The notes: a model not told the origin generated them from the letters alone. Counted from the stretch's first letter, positions 22,252 to 36,751 are shown. The stretch is DNA of 64,000 bases from Lama glama (GCA_028534125.1 CM052816.1:44208001-44272000), one strand, 5' to 3'. Numbers and translations are program-made.

Positions 22252-23945
22252 TAGTGTTTCCAAAAGTGAGTTTACGAAGTCAGAACTATGTTCATAATAA
22301 TACTAAGATGTCATTTGCCTTTATCGCTGTCCTTCTCTCCTGAGTCTAGGGTGGAGCATCCTAGAGACAGCATGATGTAGGGTGACATCATTGCTCAGAT
22401 GACATAGAATGTATGCTTGTATTCTCCTATTTTCTAAAATTATCTAACATGGTAAATTTAAGGTATAAATATGTGTGTTTTTAGAGGTTAACTCAGTTTG
22501 CCCTTGGAACTTGTATTTTGATCTTACTAGTTGTCTTTGCTTATACATCCTCTGATCTCTGTTTCCTATCATCAAAGAAAATCATAATTTTGAAATCTTG
22601 AACTTCACACCCAGGTGAAAACATAATAAGTGCACTTTGTTGTTTAGTTTTGCAGCAACATTTTTCCTAAAAATTTTCTAAATTTTTTAAGTTATCTAAA
22701 ACTGCTGTTTTAAAAATTTGAAATATTTTAACTAAAAGATTGCAATACATTTGTCTTATATTTAACAGTAAATTATTTACTAACACAAGGGAGTTAGAGA
22801 ACTCACTTTATCAACACAGAGCTGTACTGTATCTTTGTTAGCAACTTTAGACGACTTCTGAAGATGCTAAAAAAAAAAAAGATGAAACTTAAATACCTGA
22901 GAATTATCTTACTTATGAAAGGGGGGAAATAATTCAATAGAAACTGGCAAAACTATAAGTAAGAAATAAAAATATGATTAAAGTTGTACTTCTTTGGGGA
23001 TTATAGATGTCCGTACCTTACTTTATTGTTTCTCATGCAACAAAACATGTTTGAATAAAGTCATGGTGTCAGTTATGATGTGATGTAATATTGAGATCAA
23101 CCATTCATAATTTAAAGTAAAATAAATTTAATATTTCAAACATAGGTATGATAAATTACATTTTAAAAATTAGAAATGAACTACTGAGGTATATTAGACA
23201 CTAAGCTATTGAATTGTGTTGGTGGAAAAAGTTATACAGTAGTTGAAAGACTTGAAAAAAGCCTTGAACAGTTGATATAGCTGGTTGCTTGCTGGATGAA
23301 TAGTCGGTAAAAGAAATCACAGCATTGCCACTTACCAGTGATTTGGTGACTCATCTGTTAAAGATTCATCAGCAAACATGAAGACTATTTATTATCTCAT
23401 TTGGAGAACTGTACCTACAAATGAATAAATCTCCAGATATGACTGGACTCTGTTATCAACAATAATTGATCATTGAGTATGATTTTCATGTAAATGTTCG
23501 ATAAACACAAAAGGAGGCAAATTGTTGAAGTGTTGAATAACCTTCTTGAATCTTAGGGTTTATCCTATCAACTATGTTGACACTTGCGCTGATAGTGCAA
23601 GTGGGAGGGTGGGTAAAACTGGTAATTCAGTGTAAACCAGGGAGTAGCACCAACTATACTAAAACTGGTTTTTCATCATCACACACTCACAAAAAAAGAA
23701 GTGCCTGTTTTTATTACGAATGTCCCTGATTAAGCACTAGAAAATTATTTTGTTATATCTCAGCCCTTGACTATAGACCTTTGTATATCCAATTTGACGA
23801 AATGGGAAGTTTATAAAGCACTTTGCTGCATACAAAATATAATAGCGTTTTCTCAGAAAAACCTTGTGTGATGGAGGTATATAAGCCGTAGTAGTAGATA
23901 CCTTTGTCATGGAATACCATTTTATTTCAAAGAACAGCTAATAGA
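22252..23945 (+). mobile_element. Charlie1-family hAT DNA transposon with decayed transposase; 3' part missing
   Basis: 5' end aactatgttcataataatactaagatgtcatttgcc. Core-like gggtaaaactgg...gaatgtccctgattaagcac...tgacgaaatgggaagt...aagcactttgctgcatac...catggaataccattttatttcaaagaac. Confidence 0.8.
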
Positions 23946-26529
23946 AGAATTAGGTGTGTACATATAAGAATAGGTATCCTTCTTTTCAAGAAAAGACTGA
24001 GATAAGAGTGTTGTTCAAAGCCTCCTACATTTGCTTTTAGAAAGGGCCAGATTTAATTTATAGCAATTACTTCTTCCAATGGTCTTATAAATAATTGGAA
24101 TATTAGCAAATAAACAGTTGTTATGTGGACATTTAAAAGATGATGCATGAACATATGGTCCTACTCAGCTATTTTGGATTCTCTATAAACAAGAAATGTA
24201 TTCTTCTAGATTGAAAATATTAGAACAGAATGCTTTTAATAAACTCAGAATGGTCTGTGATTAATCACTTTATTCCATCTTCACACATTTGAGATTTATT
24301 TCCATTTCTGATTACAAAAAAGGTGCTTCTTTTCTCTGATTAAATGAGTAAGAAAGAAAAAGCGGGAAAAAAACAGGAGGAGAGGATGAGTGGTGAGTTA
24401 AAGGACAGATTGAGTGTATGTATTTTAATCTGGCAGTTGTCTTGTATAATTTTTTTTTGCCAAAAGACTGCTAATTTCATACAAAAATTTAAATATTGTA
24501 GCAGTCACCCAACTTAAACATTTGGCAAATAGTTATCCTATTTTAAAAATGGAAAATATTTCTCAAGTGCTTCTGTTTCCAAAATACTATCTCACGCCAT
24601 TCTTTGTTTGCTTGATCATTCTTTTGGAGAAAATTCTTTAAATTTGGGATGCAGTATACATACATTTTTTCCTATCACATCCATTCAAGATGACCTTGGT
24701 TTATTCAATTAGTTAAAAGTGAGAGGGTCATTTTTTTACTTTTTTCCCTTTTTTTTTTTTTTAGTAGAATATGTCTATATCTTTTAAAACACATACAAGG
24801 TATACTAAAAAGAAACATTACATTCCTGGGGTGTGAAATACATTTTAAACAAGAAAACTTGAGAAAAAAAAGAATATATATATTTGCTTCAATTTAAATA
24901 AAGAACAAACCAAAACCTACTTTTCACAGGAACACAGAAGCTCTCACTTTTAGATCTGAATCATCCCAAGGGGAGATTTACTAGATTCACAGGGCTTCAG
25001 GCACCATATTCTCAATCCCATGAGTGCCTTTTTTAATTTCTTCTGTCCTCAAACTGACATTAGAAGTAACATTGTTTTTTAATGAAAAATGAAGCTAGAG
25101 TGTTGGAGTTGTACAAGCTGCTCTGTTCCGCTTGACCACATTACTGTCAAATCTTAGTTTCTAGGATTCCTAAGAAAAAATTCTTCTAAAGTCTGTTTAT
25201 CTAGTTAATATGGACTAGCATGTGTGTTTGTTATTTTCTGCTTGAACAAAGGGATATGTCTTCTAGTTTAGGGGTAAGGAAAATATTTATATAAAAGTTT
25301 ACCAAAAGTTGGATTTGTTATGACTTTAGACATTAGGAAGAGGAAGTGATATAGGTTAACTGTGGTATATAAAAAATCTGTTAGGTATTTTGCCTTTCTG
25401 AATCTTACACCTTTAACAGAATATATTATTTTGAGAAATACCTGGGCATTTCCTCCCACCGCTAACATACACTATCCTTGACCAATTAACTCACTTATTA
25501 AGAGCACTAAATTAAGGCAATATGTTCACAGACAGTGCTAATAATCTCAATTAGCCATTTTACCAACACTAGTCAAAAGGATGGTTTACCTTAAATTTAT
25601 TACCACACTAGGAAGACAGTTCACCATAAATATCAACTGCCCATAAATCTTTGCAAGAAAAAATGACTATATTCTAATCCAATGTAGTCAGAAGTGGTTT
25701 TACTGTAAAACAAATGGTGCTTATTTCAACTTCAGGGACTCTCATTTGCATTGACCCTTACAAGACCATGGGAGGAACCCTGTATGTAACACAGTCACTA
25801 GTCATGCTATTTTGTAAAATTGGGAAATGTAGGACAATTTATCTGTCAGTTAAGAGTGTTGTCTCCTTTCACTATGACTTCCCCTCCGTAATAGTTGACA
25901 TTTAAAGATGACCATTTGGGATATTTTGCTAGGGAAAAATTGAGTTGTAGATACATTTATTTTTGGTTTAATGGGCTTATTTAAGTGGTTTGAAATTACT
26001 TCTGTGTATAGTTAAATTATTATTAAATGTTCAATATATCATGACCCAAAGGCATAGGGGCCAGAGGTCATAAGATAACATGAACAAGTTCTAGGCACCC
26101 AGCACCAAAAACACATGGAAAGTAGAAGACAAAAAAAAAAGTCCAACACACATGTAGGAACAATGTAGTCTCTAGAAAAATATTACAATTATAACACTGA
26201 TATACAAAAGAATGTTGATAAAGTTTTTCTACAGTGTGAAAGCAATCCTAACAATTTGTGTTTGTATTGTATTACCAATAATTAGCTGTCAAGCTGAAAT
26301 AAACTTTTCTGGCCTAATAAGAATGATAACAATAATAATAGTAACAACAACAACAATAATAAAGCAATCTGTCAAGCATTCTAGCAGAAGTACTAAATTC
26401 TTCCATGTCTCTGAAAAATATTATAAAATTGTTTTCCTATGAAGAAACAATCAAAGAGTTGGTAGCCAAACAATTTTTAAAAGCCTTATAGAGCTAGATT
26501 AAGAAGTTAATTAATAAGAAGAATTACAT

Positions 26530-26876
26530 GTTTCTCCAGCTGTCTTCCTCCATCGTCGTAGCCAGGCACGGGGAGTGGAATCCTTCCTGTGTTTTGGATC
26601 ACTCTGACATCCTTTCCTATTTCATCTCTCCGTTTTCCACTTCCACTGCATTTCACTGAAGGACTTTTCTGCCTGCCTTTTCTACCTTTAAGGGCTCACA
26701 TGATTACATTGAACCCACGTGAAACCTGGGATGACCTCTCTATTTTTTGGTCAGATGACCAGTAACCTTAATTATAGCTGCAAAGTCCCTTCACAGCAGT
26801 ACTTGGATTAGTGTTTGTTTGAATAACCAAGAGACAGACGTCTTGAGGGGATATCTGTAGAATTCTGCCTACCACA
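26530..26876 (-). mobile_element. MaLR LTR fragment (MLT1D/E-like)
   Basis: ttctacctttaagggctcacatgattacattgaacccac...ctgcaaagtcccttcacagcagtacttggattagtgtttg...tagaattctgcctaccaca. Confidence 0.78.
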
Positions 26877-27214
26877 GTACTGATTTTTTTTTTTTACAAA
26901 TTTCTGATTTTAAAAATCGGGAAATTTATCCTAAATTTTATCCAGGGACATAGTCACAGTTTTTATCGCTATATTAAAAGATAGATGACACTGCATTTCT
27001 GTATTGAGATTGTTAGGAAAGAATACACGGAAGTCTATCCAATTGTTATAGTAAGTTGTAATTATGCTCCCCTCTAATCAATAACACAAAATATCCCTAC
27101 TCCAAGGCTTAATGGAGCATTAAAACTATCTGCTGTACAGCTTCTGCCAAAAATCTTATCCAGTGCTATTGATACTTGAAGGATGGACAAAGTATCAAGT
27201 TCTTTCCCATGTAA

Positions 27215-27385
27215 TAGTCAGCATTTTTTAAGGGCCTCATAGTAAATAACTTAGACTTTTGGGTACATATGGTCTCTGTCACAACCATTCACCCATGCCA
27301 TGTAGAATGAAAAGAGGGTTAGACCGTAGGTAAATGAATGTGTATAAATGTGTTCCAGTAAAACTTTATTTACAGATTTGACTCA
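27215..27385. mobile_element. MER58A-like hAT MITE
   Basis: aagggcctcatagtaaataacttagactt...tatggtctctgtcacaac...tgtgttccagtaaaactttatttaca. Confidence 0.75.
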
Positions 27386-28201
27386 TGTTGGGAGATGGAG
27401 CCTGCTTAGTTTCTGAACTTCTGATGTGGAGATCAGGATTCTGTATCTCTGTGCTGAATTCCCATGGCCTTTGCAGTCACTTCATTTCCCATCTGCCATT
27501 CGGAGAGGGTGCCACTTTTGTACATTTTATGCTGTGCACTTGGTATTAATTGATATTTGATTTTTAAAACATGTAGTCATATTTTTAAAAATTGCTGTAG
27601 GTTCTTCAAAACTCTTGTTGAAGTCAATGTGCAACATCATGTTGATCAATGGCCTCTTATAAATTCTTCACATTACAAATTGCCTTCAAAATTGTATGAG
27701 GAATGTTTGGGGTTTTTTTTTCCCCCCTTATGCTGAGTTAGTATATTTCATTTTATCAGAAAATTAAAATTACATAGCCCATCATTTCTTTCTTTTTTGT
27801 TATTTTGACTTGTCTTACAGGAAATCTAGATTTATAATGAATAATCAATTCTATTCTTATATGTATAAGCTTTAGGGCACATTTATTTTCTCTTTTAAAA
27901 AAATTTTGGTCTTATAGTATGTATGATATTAGTAATCTTCCTAAAATCCTTACAAATGAAAACATAATAGCAGACTTGGAATTAACATTCTGGTTTATGG
28001 TTAGTCTTCCTCAAATATAAATGTTTGCATTCAAATTTCATTAACTGCAATTAATTAATTTTCTGCCTGCCCTATATACATTGTGTCTATTGATAGAATT
28101 GGGCCTTCATGTATTTAAACTTCCACACAGAGTAAAGTCTGTTTATGTAGTTAACTCTTTTCTATTTTAGTAGGCTTTATGTTGAGCTATATCATATATA
28201 T

Positions 28202-28428
28202 CAGGATTTCTCAAACTTGACACTTCTGACACATTTTGAACTAGAAGTTTTTATTGAGGGAGGCTGTCTTCTGCACTGCAGGATGTTTACCAGCATCTCT
28301 GGCCTCTGCCCACTAGATGCCAGTAGCACTCCTGCCAAATTGTGACAACCCAAATAGCTCCAGGCCTTGTAGACGCTCCTCTGGGAGTGTGTGTGTTGGG
28401 GGTGGGGGGAACTGATTGAGAATCACTG
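28202..28428. mobile_element. MER20 hAT-Charlie MITE
   Basis: TIR-like ends caggatttctcaa and ttgagaatcactg. Internal ctgcaggatgtttaccagcatctctggcctctgcccactagatgccagtagcac...gtgacaacc. Confidence 0.88.
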
Positions 28429-31400
28429 ATTTTTTTTTTTTTTTCAGAAAATGTGTGAATTGTGAATTAACAAATTGATGAATTTTCATAATGTGAGTAT
28501 ACCAGTGTAATGAACAAACAGATCAAGAAATAAAATATTATCAGCATCCCAGAGAGCCTCTTCTTACCCTCTCCATATCTATACATCCTCCAAAAGTCAA
28601 TACTTTTATGACTAAGACCACAGGCTTGTTTTCTTCTTTTGAATGGTGTATAAATTGAGTTACACAGAATGTCCTTTGTTGCTTTCAGTCAGCATTACTC
28701 TTAGGAGATTCATTCACATGGTGCCTAGCAATAGCTTTTCCATTATTGCTTAATGTTATAATTTCTTTATACATTTTACTGATAAAGGACACTTGGTTGT
28801 CGCAGCTTTATTTGTGGGAATGTTTTAAATCGGTTTCTTCTATTCAGATTTTCCACTTTTTTGGTCACTTTTTTAGATTGGTTTTTTAGGATTCTGTCCA
28901 TTTTCATTTATTTTTCCAAATATATCGGCAAAATTTTTTTTTTACAATATTGTCTTGTTTGCTTTTTGTTATAGAATCTATAATTATCTCTCCCTTTTTA
29001 TTCCTGGTATTGATAAATTGTGTTTTCACCCTCTCTTAAACGTTGGTACCAAGGCTTATCACTTTATTTCTCTTTAAAACAATCATCTTTTTAAATTTCC
29101 TCTAATATGTATTTACCATCATTATTATTCATTTTTCTCTGATCTTAACTATTTCCTTATCTTAATTTTGTGTTTATTTTGCTCTTTTCCTGATTTCACA
29201 TAACTTTCAGCCTTTCTGGTATATCAGACATGACTTTCAGTCTTTTTAAGAAGTTTTTATATTACAGGCTTTAAGGGTTATAGAGTTCCTCTTAAGAACA
29301 ACTTTAGCTGTGTCCTACAAATTTTTCTTATTATTTTATTATAATTCAGTTCAGAGTATTTTTAGTTTCCATGATGATTTTCTTCTTTAACCATATGGCC
29401 ATTTAGTGTGTTTCCAAATATTTGGAAATATTCTAATCTTTTTGTTATTTATTCTCGCCTTAGTTTCCCTGCAGTGAAAAGCATAGCTGACTAATTTCTT
29501 TTCATTTTGATGAGATTTTCTTTACAATCTTGCATATGCTGAATTTTGGAAAAATTTTGAGGAGTTGTAAAATATATGTGCTATTGTTGTTGTGTACTCT
29601 GTTCTACAAATGTCAGTTCAGATTAGTTAATTATGTTATTATCTTCTTCATGACTGTTGGAAAAATTTCTCTTGTTCTACCAGCTACTGAGTGAGGAATT
29701 AAATTCTTCCACCTCATTATAGATTCATTTATTACTCTTTAGTTCAGACACTTTTTGCTTTCTAGAATTTTTAGCTGTGTTATTAAGTGCATATACATTG
29801 AACATGATTGCATCTGCCTGGTGAATTGATGTTTTGATAATTACAAAATCCTCTTTAAATCTGGTAACACTCCTTCAGTCTACTTTTTCTGACATTGATA
29901 TGTCAGCAACCATTTACTTTTGGCTTGTATTTCTTTTTATTTTCCTTATTTCAATTTTTTTGTCCTTATATTTAAGAGAGATCTCTTTAAATAGCATATA
30001 ATTAGAATTTCTATTTTAATTGTCAGAAAATGTTTGTCTTTTATTTAGAATATTTAGCCTATTTCATTTGATATAATTATATGTTTGGTCTTATATCTGT
30101 AGTATCTTACTACAGGCATACCTCATTTTATTAACTTCATTTTAATGCACTTTGCAGATACTGCATTTTTATAAATGGAAGATTTGTAGCAATCCCACAT
30201 GGAGCAAATACATCAGCATCATTTTTCTAACAGCATTTTCTCACTTCATGTTTCTGTGTCACATTTTGGTAGTTCCCACACCAGTTTATATTTTTCATTA
30301 TTATTATATTTGTTATGGTGATCTGTGATTAATGATTTTTAATGATACTATTATAATTGTTTTGAGACTGCATGAACTGTGCGCATTAGAGGATATCAAA
30401 CTTAACTGATAAGTGTTGTGTGTGTTTTCACTGTTCCATCAACTGTCTGTTCCATCATTCTTCCTCTCTTCTGGTATCCCTATTCTAAGACAAAATCATA
30501 CTGAAATTAGAGTAGTTAATAACTTTACAGTGCACTCTAAGTTTCAAGTAAGAGTGGCATATCTCTTACTGGAAATCAAAAGCTAGAAAAAAAGGCTAGA
30601 AGTGATTAAGCCCAGTGAGGAAGACGTGTTGGAAGGTAAGACAGGCCAAAAGCTAGGCCTCTTGCACCAAACAGTTAGCCAAGTTGTGATGCAAAGAACA
30701 AAATTAAAAGTCCTACTCCAGTGAACACACAAATGATAAGAAAGTGAAACAGCCTTATTGCTTACATGGAGAAGTTGCAGTAGTCAGGATAAAAGATCAA
30801 AACAGCCACAACAATCCCTTTAGCAAAAGCCTAATGCAGAGCAAGTCCTGAGCTCTTTTCAGTTCTATTAAAGCTGAAAGATGTGAAGAAGCTGCAGAAG
30901 AAGAATCTGAAGCTGGCAGAGGTTGCATTATGAGTCTGAAGAAAAGAAGCTATCTCCATAAAAGTGCAAGATGAAGCAGAAATTCCTGGTGTAAGAGCTG
31001 CAGCAAGTTATCCAGAAGATCTAGTGAAGATAATTAATGAAGGGGGCTACACTAAACAACAAACTTTCCGCGTAAATGAAATAGTCTTCTATTGGAAGAA
31101 TATGCCATCTAGGACTTTCACAGCTAGAGAGAAGTCAGTGCCTGGCTTCAAAGCTTCAAAGAACTGGATGACTCTTGTTAGGAATTAATGTAGCTGGTAA
31201 CTTTAAGTTAAAGCCAATACTCATTTCCCATTATGAAAATTCTAGGACCATTAAGAATTATGTAAATATACTCTGCCTGTGCTCCCTAAATCTTACAAGA
31301 AAGCCTGGATGACAGCAGTCTGCTTACAGAACAGTTTACTAAATATTTTAAGCCCAATGTTGAGATCTAAAGCTCAGAAAGGAAAGATTCTTTTCAAAAT

Positions 31401-31876
31401 AATACTATTCACTGACCATGCACCTAGTCGCCCAGGAGCTCTGACAGTGCTGTACAAGATTCATATTGTTTTCACACCTGCTAACATAACATCCATTCTG
31501 CAGCCCATGCATGGCTCAAGGAGTAATTTTGACTTTTAAGCCATATTATTTAAGAAATTCATTTTATAAGGCTATCCTACCATAGATAGTGATTCCTCTG
31601 ATAGATCTGAACAAAGGAAATTGAAAACTTTCTGGAAAGGATTCACCACTCTAGAATTAAGAACATTTATAATTCATGAGAAGAGGTCAAAATATCAGCA
31701 TTAATAGGATTTTGAGAGAAGTTGATTCCAATCCTCATGGATAATTTGGAGGGATTCAAGGCTTCAGTGGATGAAGTCACAACAGATATGGTGGGAATAA
31801 CACAAGAGAACTAGCATTAGAAGTGAAACTTGAAGATATGACTAATTTGATGTAATCTCATGATCAAACTTTAACA

Positions 31877-32326
31877 ACTTGGGCATAGAATCTTAATATT
31901 TTTCCAAAGGAAACAACAATGGCCAACAGGCACATGAAAAGATGCTCAACATCATCAATCATCAGGGAAATCCACAGTGAACATCACCTCATACCTGTCA
32001 GAATGATTATTATCAAAAAGACCACAAATAGCAAGTGTGGACGAGACTGTGGAGAAAAGAGAACCTTCATGCACTCTTGGTGGGCATGTAAATTAGTGTA
32101 GCCATTAAGGAAACAGTATAGAGGTCTCAGAAAATTAAAAATGCAACCACTGTGTGAACTAGCAATTACACTATTGCTAGTTGCTGGATCACACAGTAGT
32201 TGTATCTGAAGAAAATTATAATTTAACTTAAAAAGATATATGCACCCCTATGTTCATTATAGCATTATTCACAAGAGCTAAGATATGGAAGCAACCAAAG
32301 TGTCCATCAACAGATAAGTGGATAAG

Positions 32327-32361
<35 letters not shown>

Positions 32362-32742
32362 GCTCAACCATAAAAAAGAAGGAAATCTTGCCATTTGCTA
32401 CAACATGAATGGACCTAGAAGATAGCATGCTAAGTGAAATAAGTCACACAGAGAAAGGCAAATATAACAGGAAGCAATATAGTGTTAGAAATCAATTATA
32501 TTTCAAACACAAACAAGAAAACATTAACAAACTTGTAGAAGAAGAGATCAGCTTTGTGGTTACCAGAGATGGGCTTGGGAGAGGGAAGTAATTGGGCAAA
32601 GACAGTCAAAAGTTACTACAAACTTGCAGATGAAAAAGCACTGATGATGTAATATGAAACATGACCAATATAACACACACTTCGTATATTAAATATCAAT
32701 GTTGTTAAGAGACAAAATCCTGTGTTCTCATCCCCCCGAAAC
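31877..32742 (+). mobile_element. Older L1 3' fragment (ORF2 C-terminus plus partial 3'UTR) inside Tigger1
   Basis: MANRHMKRCSTSSIIRE...HLIPVRMIIIKK...; MDLEDSMLSEISHTEKGKY. No poly(A) tail visible. Confidence 0.9.
32328..32358. repeat. (TG)n microsatellite, about 15 units
   Basis: Perfect TG run within the L1. Confidence 0.97.
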
Positions 32743-35700
32743 AATTCATGAAAGGAAGACTCAATCAATGCAACAAACTTCACTGTTGTCTTATTTTAAG
32801 GAGTTGCCATCACCACCCCAGCATTCAGCAGTTGTCACCTTGATCAGTCAGTCGCCATCGACATCAAGGCAAGACCCCTCCACCAGCAAAAAATTTATAA
32901 TTTGTTGAAGGCTCAGATTACAGTTAGCATATTTTAGCAATAAAGTATTTTTTAATCAAAGTTTGTATGTTTTTGAGACAATGTTCTTGCACACTTAATA
33001 GACTACAGTATCATGTAAACATACTTTGATATGCACAGGGAAACCAAAAAAATTGTGTGATTCACTTTACTGTGCACTTTATTGTGGTGGTGTGGATCCA
33101 GATCTACGGTATCTCTGAGGTATGCTTATATTCATTTTCCATTTGTCAGGCTACTTATAAGTTCTTTTTATTCTTGTCTTATTTTGGATTGAATAATTTT
33201 TATTTTATCTTTCATTATTACTTAGACATTATTTTCACCACAGATTAAAACACACGTTAATGATTCATTATTGTCTACTATAAATGTACCTATACTATGT
33301 ATGAGAAAATATAATGAAATCTGAACACATGAAGTCAACTTCCCACCGTTTCAATATTTGTTGTTTTTGTGAATTTAAGTCAGCATATAGTTTGGACTGA
33401 ACATAATATTAAATTTATTATCTTGTACAGTCAATATCTATGTATATTTACCTATATATTGACTCTCTACCTCTCTACATTACTTTTTATCCCTTTCTGC
33501 ATTTCCATGGTTTTTTTTAGATCATTTTCCTTCTGCTTGTAGACCTTCACTTACATCTCTTTTACTTTGGTTTTCTGGTGACAAATTCTTTCAATTTGTG
33601 GTTGTCTGTTAGTGTCTTAACTTTCACATTTAAAGGATGGTGAAGCTGGGTATAAAATTCCAGGTTGGCAGCTATTTTCTTGTAGTACTTTAAATATGGC
33701 AGTCCTTTGTCTTCTGCCATCTATCATTTCTATTAAGAAGTCATCTCATTATTAATCTTATCGCCCCTTGAAAACCACGTGTCTTTTTTCTCCATGGTCT
33801 TGACTCTTCAAATCATTTGTTGCCTAGACAGCTCTAGACTATAATTTTGTCTTTCCAGGCCATTGAGATTACAAAAAGATCCACCAGTTTTACTGCCTCT
33901 TTGTTTTAGTCACCTGAGTATATTCTTTGTCTCTTGCCCATCAGCTCCCCCCAAAAAATTCCAGCCAGGAGAAATGCTATTAACAAAAGGTCACTTCTTC
34001 ATTTGTGATTCCTTCTTTCTAGATTAAAGGACCTTCCAGTAGTGATTGCCTCAGAAGTTTTCAGATATCTTTATTTCTTCTGTCTGGATTTTTAGTTACA
34101 CTAGTTGAAGTATTTATTGTCTTCAACATCCATAATACCTAAAGTTTTTAACTAAAACAAAAATTATTGTAGGTTGAAATAATGAAAATTTTTCCTTCTT
34201 AATTTTTCTAATGGGAAATTAGTTTGCTCTACATTGCTCCATGTTGTGTTGCTATCATATTGCCATGTATTTTCCACTGTCTACAAAGTAGAGGATGATA
34301 GAGAGCAGATAACAAACATCCTCTCTTAACTTCTTTGGAAATGCCACTTAAAACTTTCACTTTCAGCCCCGTAGCTTGAACTAGGCACATGATTCCATGA
34401 TAACTGCAAGGAAGGATGGAAACTGTCAGAGAGTATACAGAACATTTGGTGAGCATTAGCATCTGGTTAATAATAATCATCTGTAATATGACAAATAGAA
34501 CTGCAAAAATGACATTGATTGTATTCCCAGATGAAAATACTACGATAAGGATAGAGAATTTATTCTGAGCAATAAAAGTTAGTGATAATTCAAATGGATC
34601 AGATGAAACATAATAATAAATCTGTGTACTCATTTAATTTTAGAGGAAAATTAAATTATTATCAAACATAAGAATCTATGAATATGTTCAAATATTTATT
34701 CTCTAAGTTGTTGTTGCTTAGACTATAGACTGAGCATTACAATTTGTTGTATCCATAGAAATTGGAGTTCAGTAGCAGTAAATAGTTCTTGGGCAAGTGG
34801 TCAATGAAATACCTCTGACTCTACTTGTCATAGGTTTTCATATGCTAGGGAAAAAAGCAAGCTGGAATTTTTAAATGATTTTTGTAGAGAGGGTATTAAA
34901 GGAGAGTAAAAGGGCCAATTGAAAAAATAATATGGAGTTATATGTAGTCTTCAAAGTGATTTGGAGAAAAACAATTTGGAAAACTACTAGTCTAATAAAA
35001 TACAGAAAAAGTTTGAAAAGGCAGCATAGAAATAAATTCCTTTCCCAGTTTCATGTTACATAAGCTTCAGGAATTGTTAAGTTTAAAACATGCCATTCAT
35101 TGAAAGATCCAAAAAATGTTTCAAAGAGAAGGAAAATGACAATAATGAATGCAATCATTCATGTGCTGCAGTTATTTTATTCATAAATGAAGATGACACT
35201 TAATCGTTAGTAGATAGGACTTGTGGCTTATGTTTTGATTTTTTTTCAAATGCTGGTGATAATTTTTACTAATTTCCAATTCTCCATATCTACAGGATAT
35301 ATTTCCAACCTGGCTTTTTGTTCAGGGACGTTCATTTTGAATTACAATAGGCTAAAATTATCTGATGCATATAGGGATAAAATGTATAATCTTTGTTACA
35401 TTAATATCATATTCTAGTTTAAACTATTGGGTCAGTCACATGCTTCTATTTTTATATTATTGTTGACTATATTCTTACCACTTAGCAATGGGACAGAATA
35501 CATAGTATTCCAGAACTTTTCCTGAAGTCCTTCAGTGTGTATGTATTTAACACATACATAGATCTTTTCTGAGTGAATCAAATTATAGAGCTTATTTAAC
35601 TTAAAATCATTCATCCATTACAACTGACTTTCTATTAGGTGGACAGAAAACTTTAATTGCAATCACATAAGCTGATTGGAAAATATTGCTTCTTTTAAGG

Positions 35701-36687
35701 AAAATCTTAAAAATGAGGCCCTTAAAAAATCTTTAAAACACTTATATACAAATTATTTATTTATCAAATATATGTGTGTATGTGTATACATATACAACCA
35801 ACAGTAAGCATGCTTACTTTTGAAATAGAGATATTTTATATCTCTACTCCAGACATAAATATGTGAGAAATTTGAGAATCCTAGTTTGCTGGCAAAGTTA
35901 TAGTTGAATAACAATTTCTTTGCAAAGTCTGTATACTACGTACACGTGTGCACACACAAATGTATTTTCAACCCCCAAAACAAATCTACAAACATTTACG
36001 ATAAAATAGAATACAAATTTCCTTACATATTATTTTATGAAAACTGTGAAAATCTTTTTTAGAACTCATAAGAATAAATCTCTTGTTCAGCATGAGACTG
36101 GCACTATAAAATGTAGAGATGATCAGAGTCATAATTGAAAGAATGTAATAAAAGTGACATGTCATTTTTTTATGCCGTATTATAGGATTCTTAAATACCC
36201 CCACTCCCACAAAAACATAAACCTCACTTAGTTCAGAATGTTCTACCATTTCTTAATTGTTACTCTGGTCACATTTCCCACCTTAATCCTATTCTTTCAG
36301 TCTTTTAAAAAAAGAAAAACCTCCTGAACACTAATTATTTAACCTTGCCTCCTACCTACTTTCCCTCTTTATTCTGAGGTTTCTTAAGGGCTATAATGAG
36401 CTGTCCCCACACAAACAAGCCAAATTAGTGGATAATTACTGCTGGGCCTGTGAATGTTCTCACTCCTCCTTTCTTACAGTTTCACAACATTACCAGAATG
36501 GTCTGTCGCCTCCCTACCAATTAGGAACAATTACTACTTTATAACATTAGTGGTGGCAGGCTTATTATGTTCAGGGATATGTAAAAATAAGGTGGGGGTA
36601 GGGGAAGAAATCCAAGGCCAAAAGGGGTCATTGTTATATGAGGAGCTTCGATGGTTTATATTCATCACTTTAATTTCATTTCTTCAG

Positions 36688-36751
36688 GATTACAGCTGCG
36701 AAGATTTATATTAACTCTATTAGATGAAAGTGAACATCATATATATCCATG
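36688..36751 (+). other. Candidate internal exon (64 nt), unverified
   Basis: Acceptor ttaatttcatttcttcag|G. One open frame, LQLRRFILTLLDESEHHIYP. Weak donor ATG|gttgta. Confidence 0.2.

Larger units (their letters stand above)
30113..33128 (+). mobile_element. Tigger1 (TcMar-Tigger/pogo) DNA transposon, near full length, transposase decayed, with an L1 insertion
   Basis: TA|CAGGCATACCTC at 30111-30124 and decayed right TIR GAGGTATGCTTA|TA at 33117-33130. ORF relics AAASYPEDLVKIINEGGYTKQQ...FYWKNMPSRTF...PGFKASK and FKIILFTDHAPS...FTPANITSILQPM are Tigger1 transposase-like. Confidence 0.95.
28450..33800 (-). mobile_element. Ancient L1M relics (3'UTR about 28450-28810; ORF2-like about 28810-30110, resuming about 33131-33800), split by Tigger1
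   Basis: T-rich + strand with L1 antisense motifs: cagatcaagaaataaaatattatcagcatcccag; aactttagctgtgtcctacaaattt; tgttattaagtgcatatacatt; gctgggtataaaattccaggttggc. Confidence 0.7.

Noticed and set aside
22252..23945. Possible domesticated hAT transposase (ZBED/Buster-like)
   Set aside because: No ORF of 60 codons or more appears in the track here; heavily decayed Charlie1.
30964..31539. Possible domesticated TIGD1-like transposase gene
   Set aside because: The frame is broken by many stops and frameshifts and the element carries an L1 insertion; it is an ordinary Tigger1 fossil.
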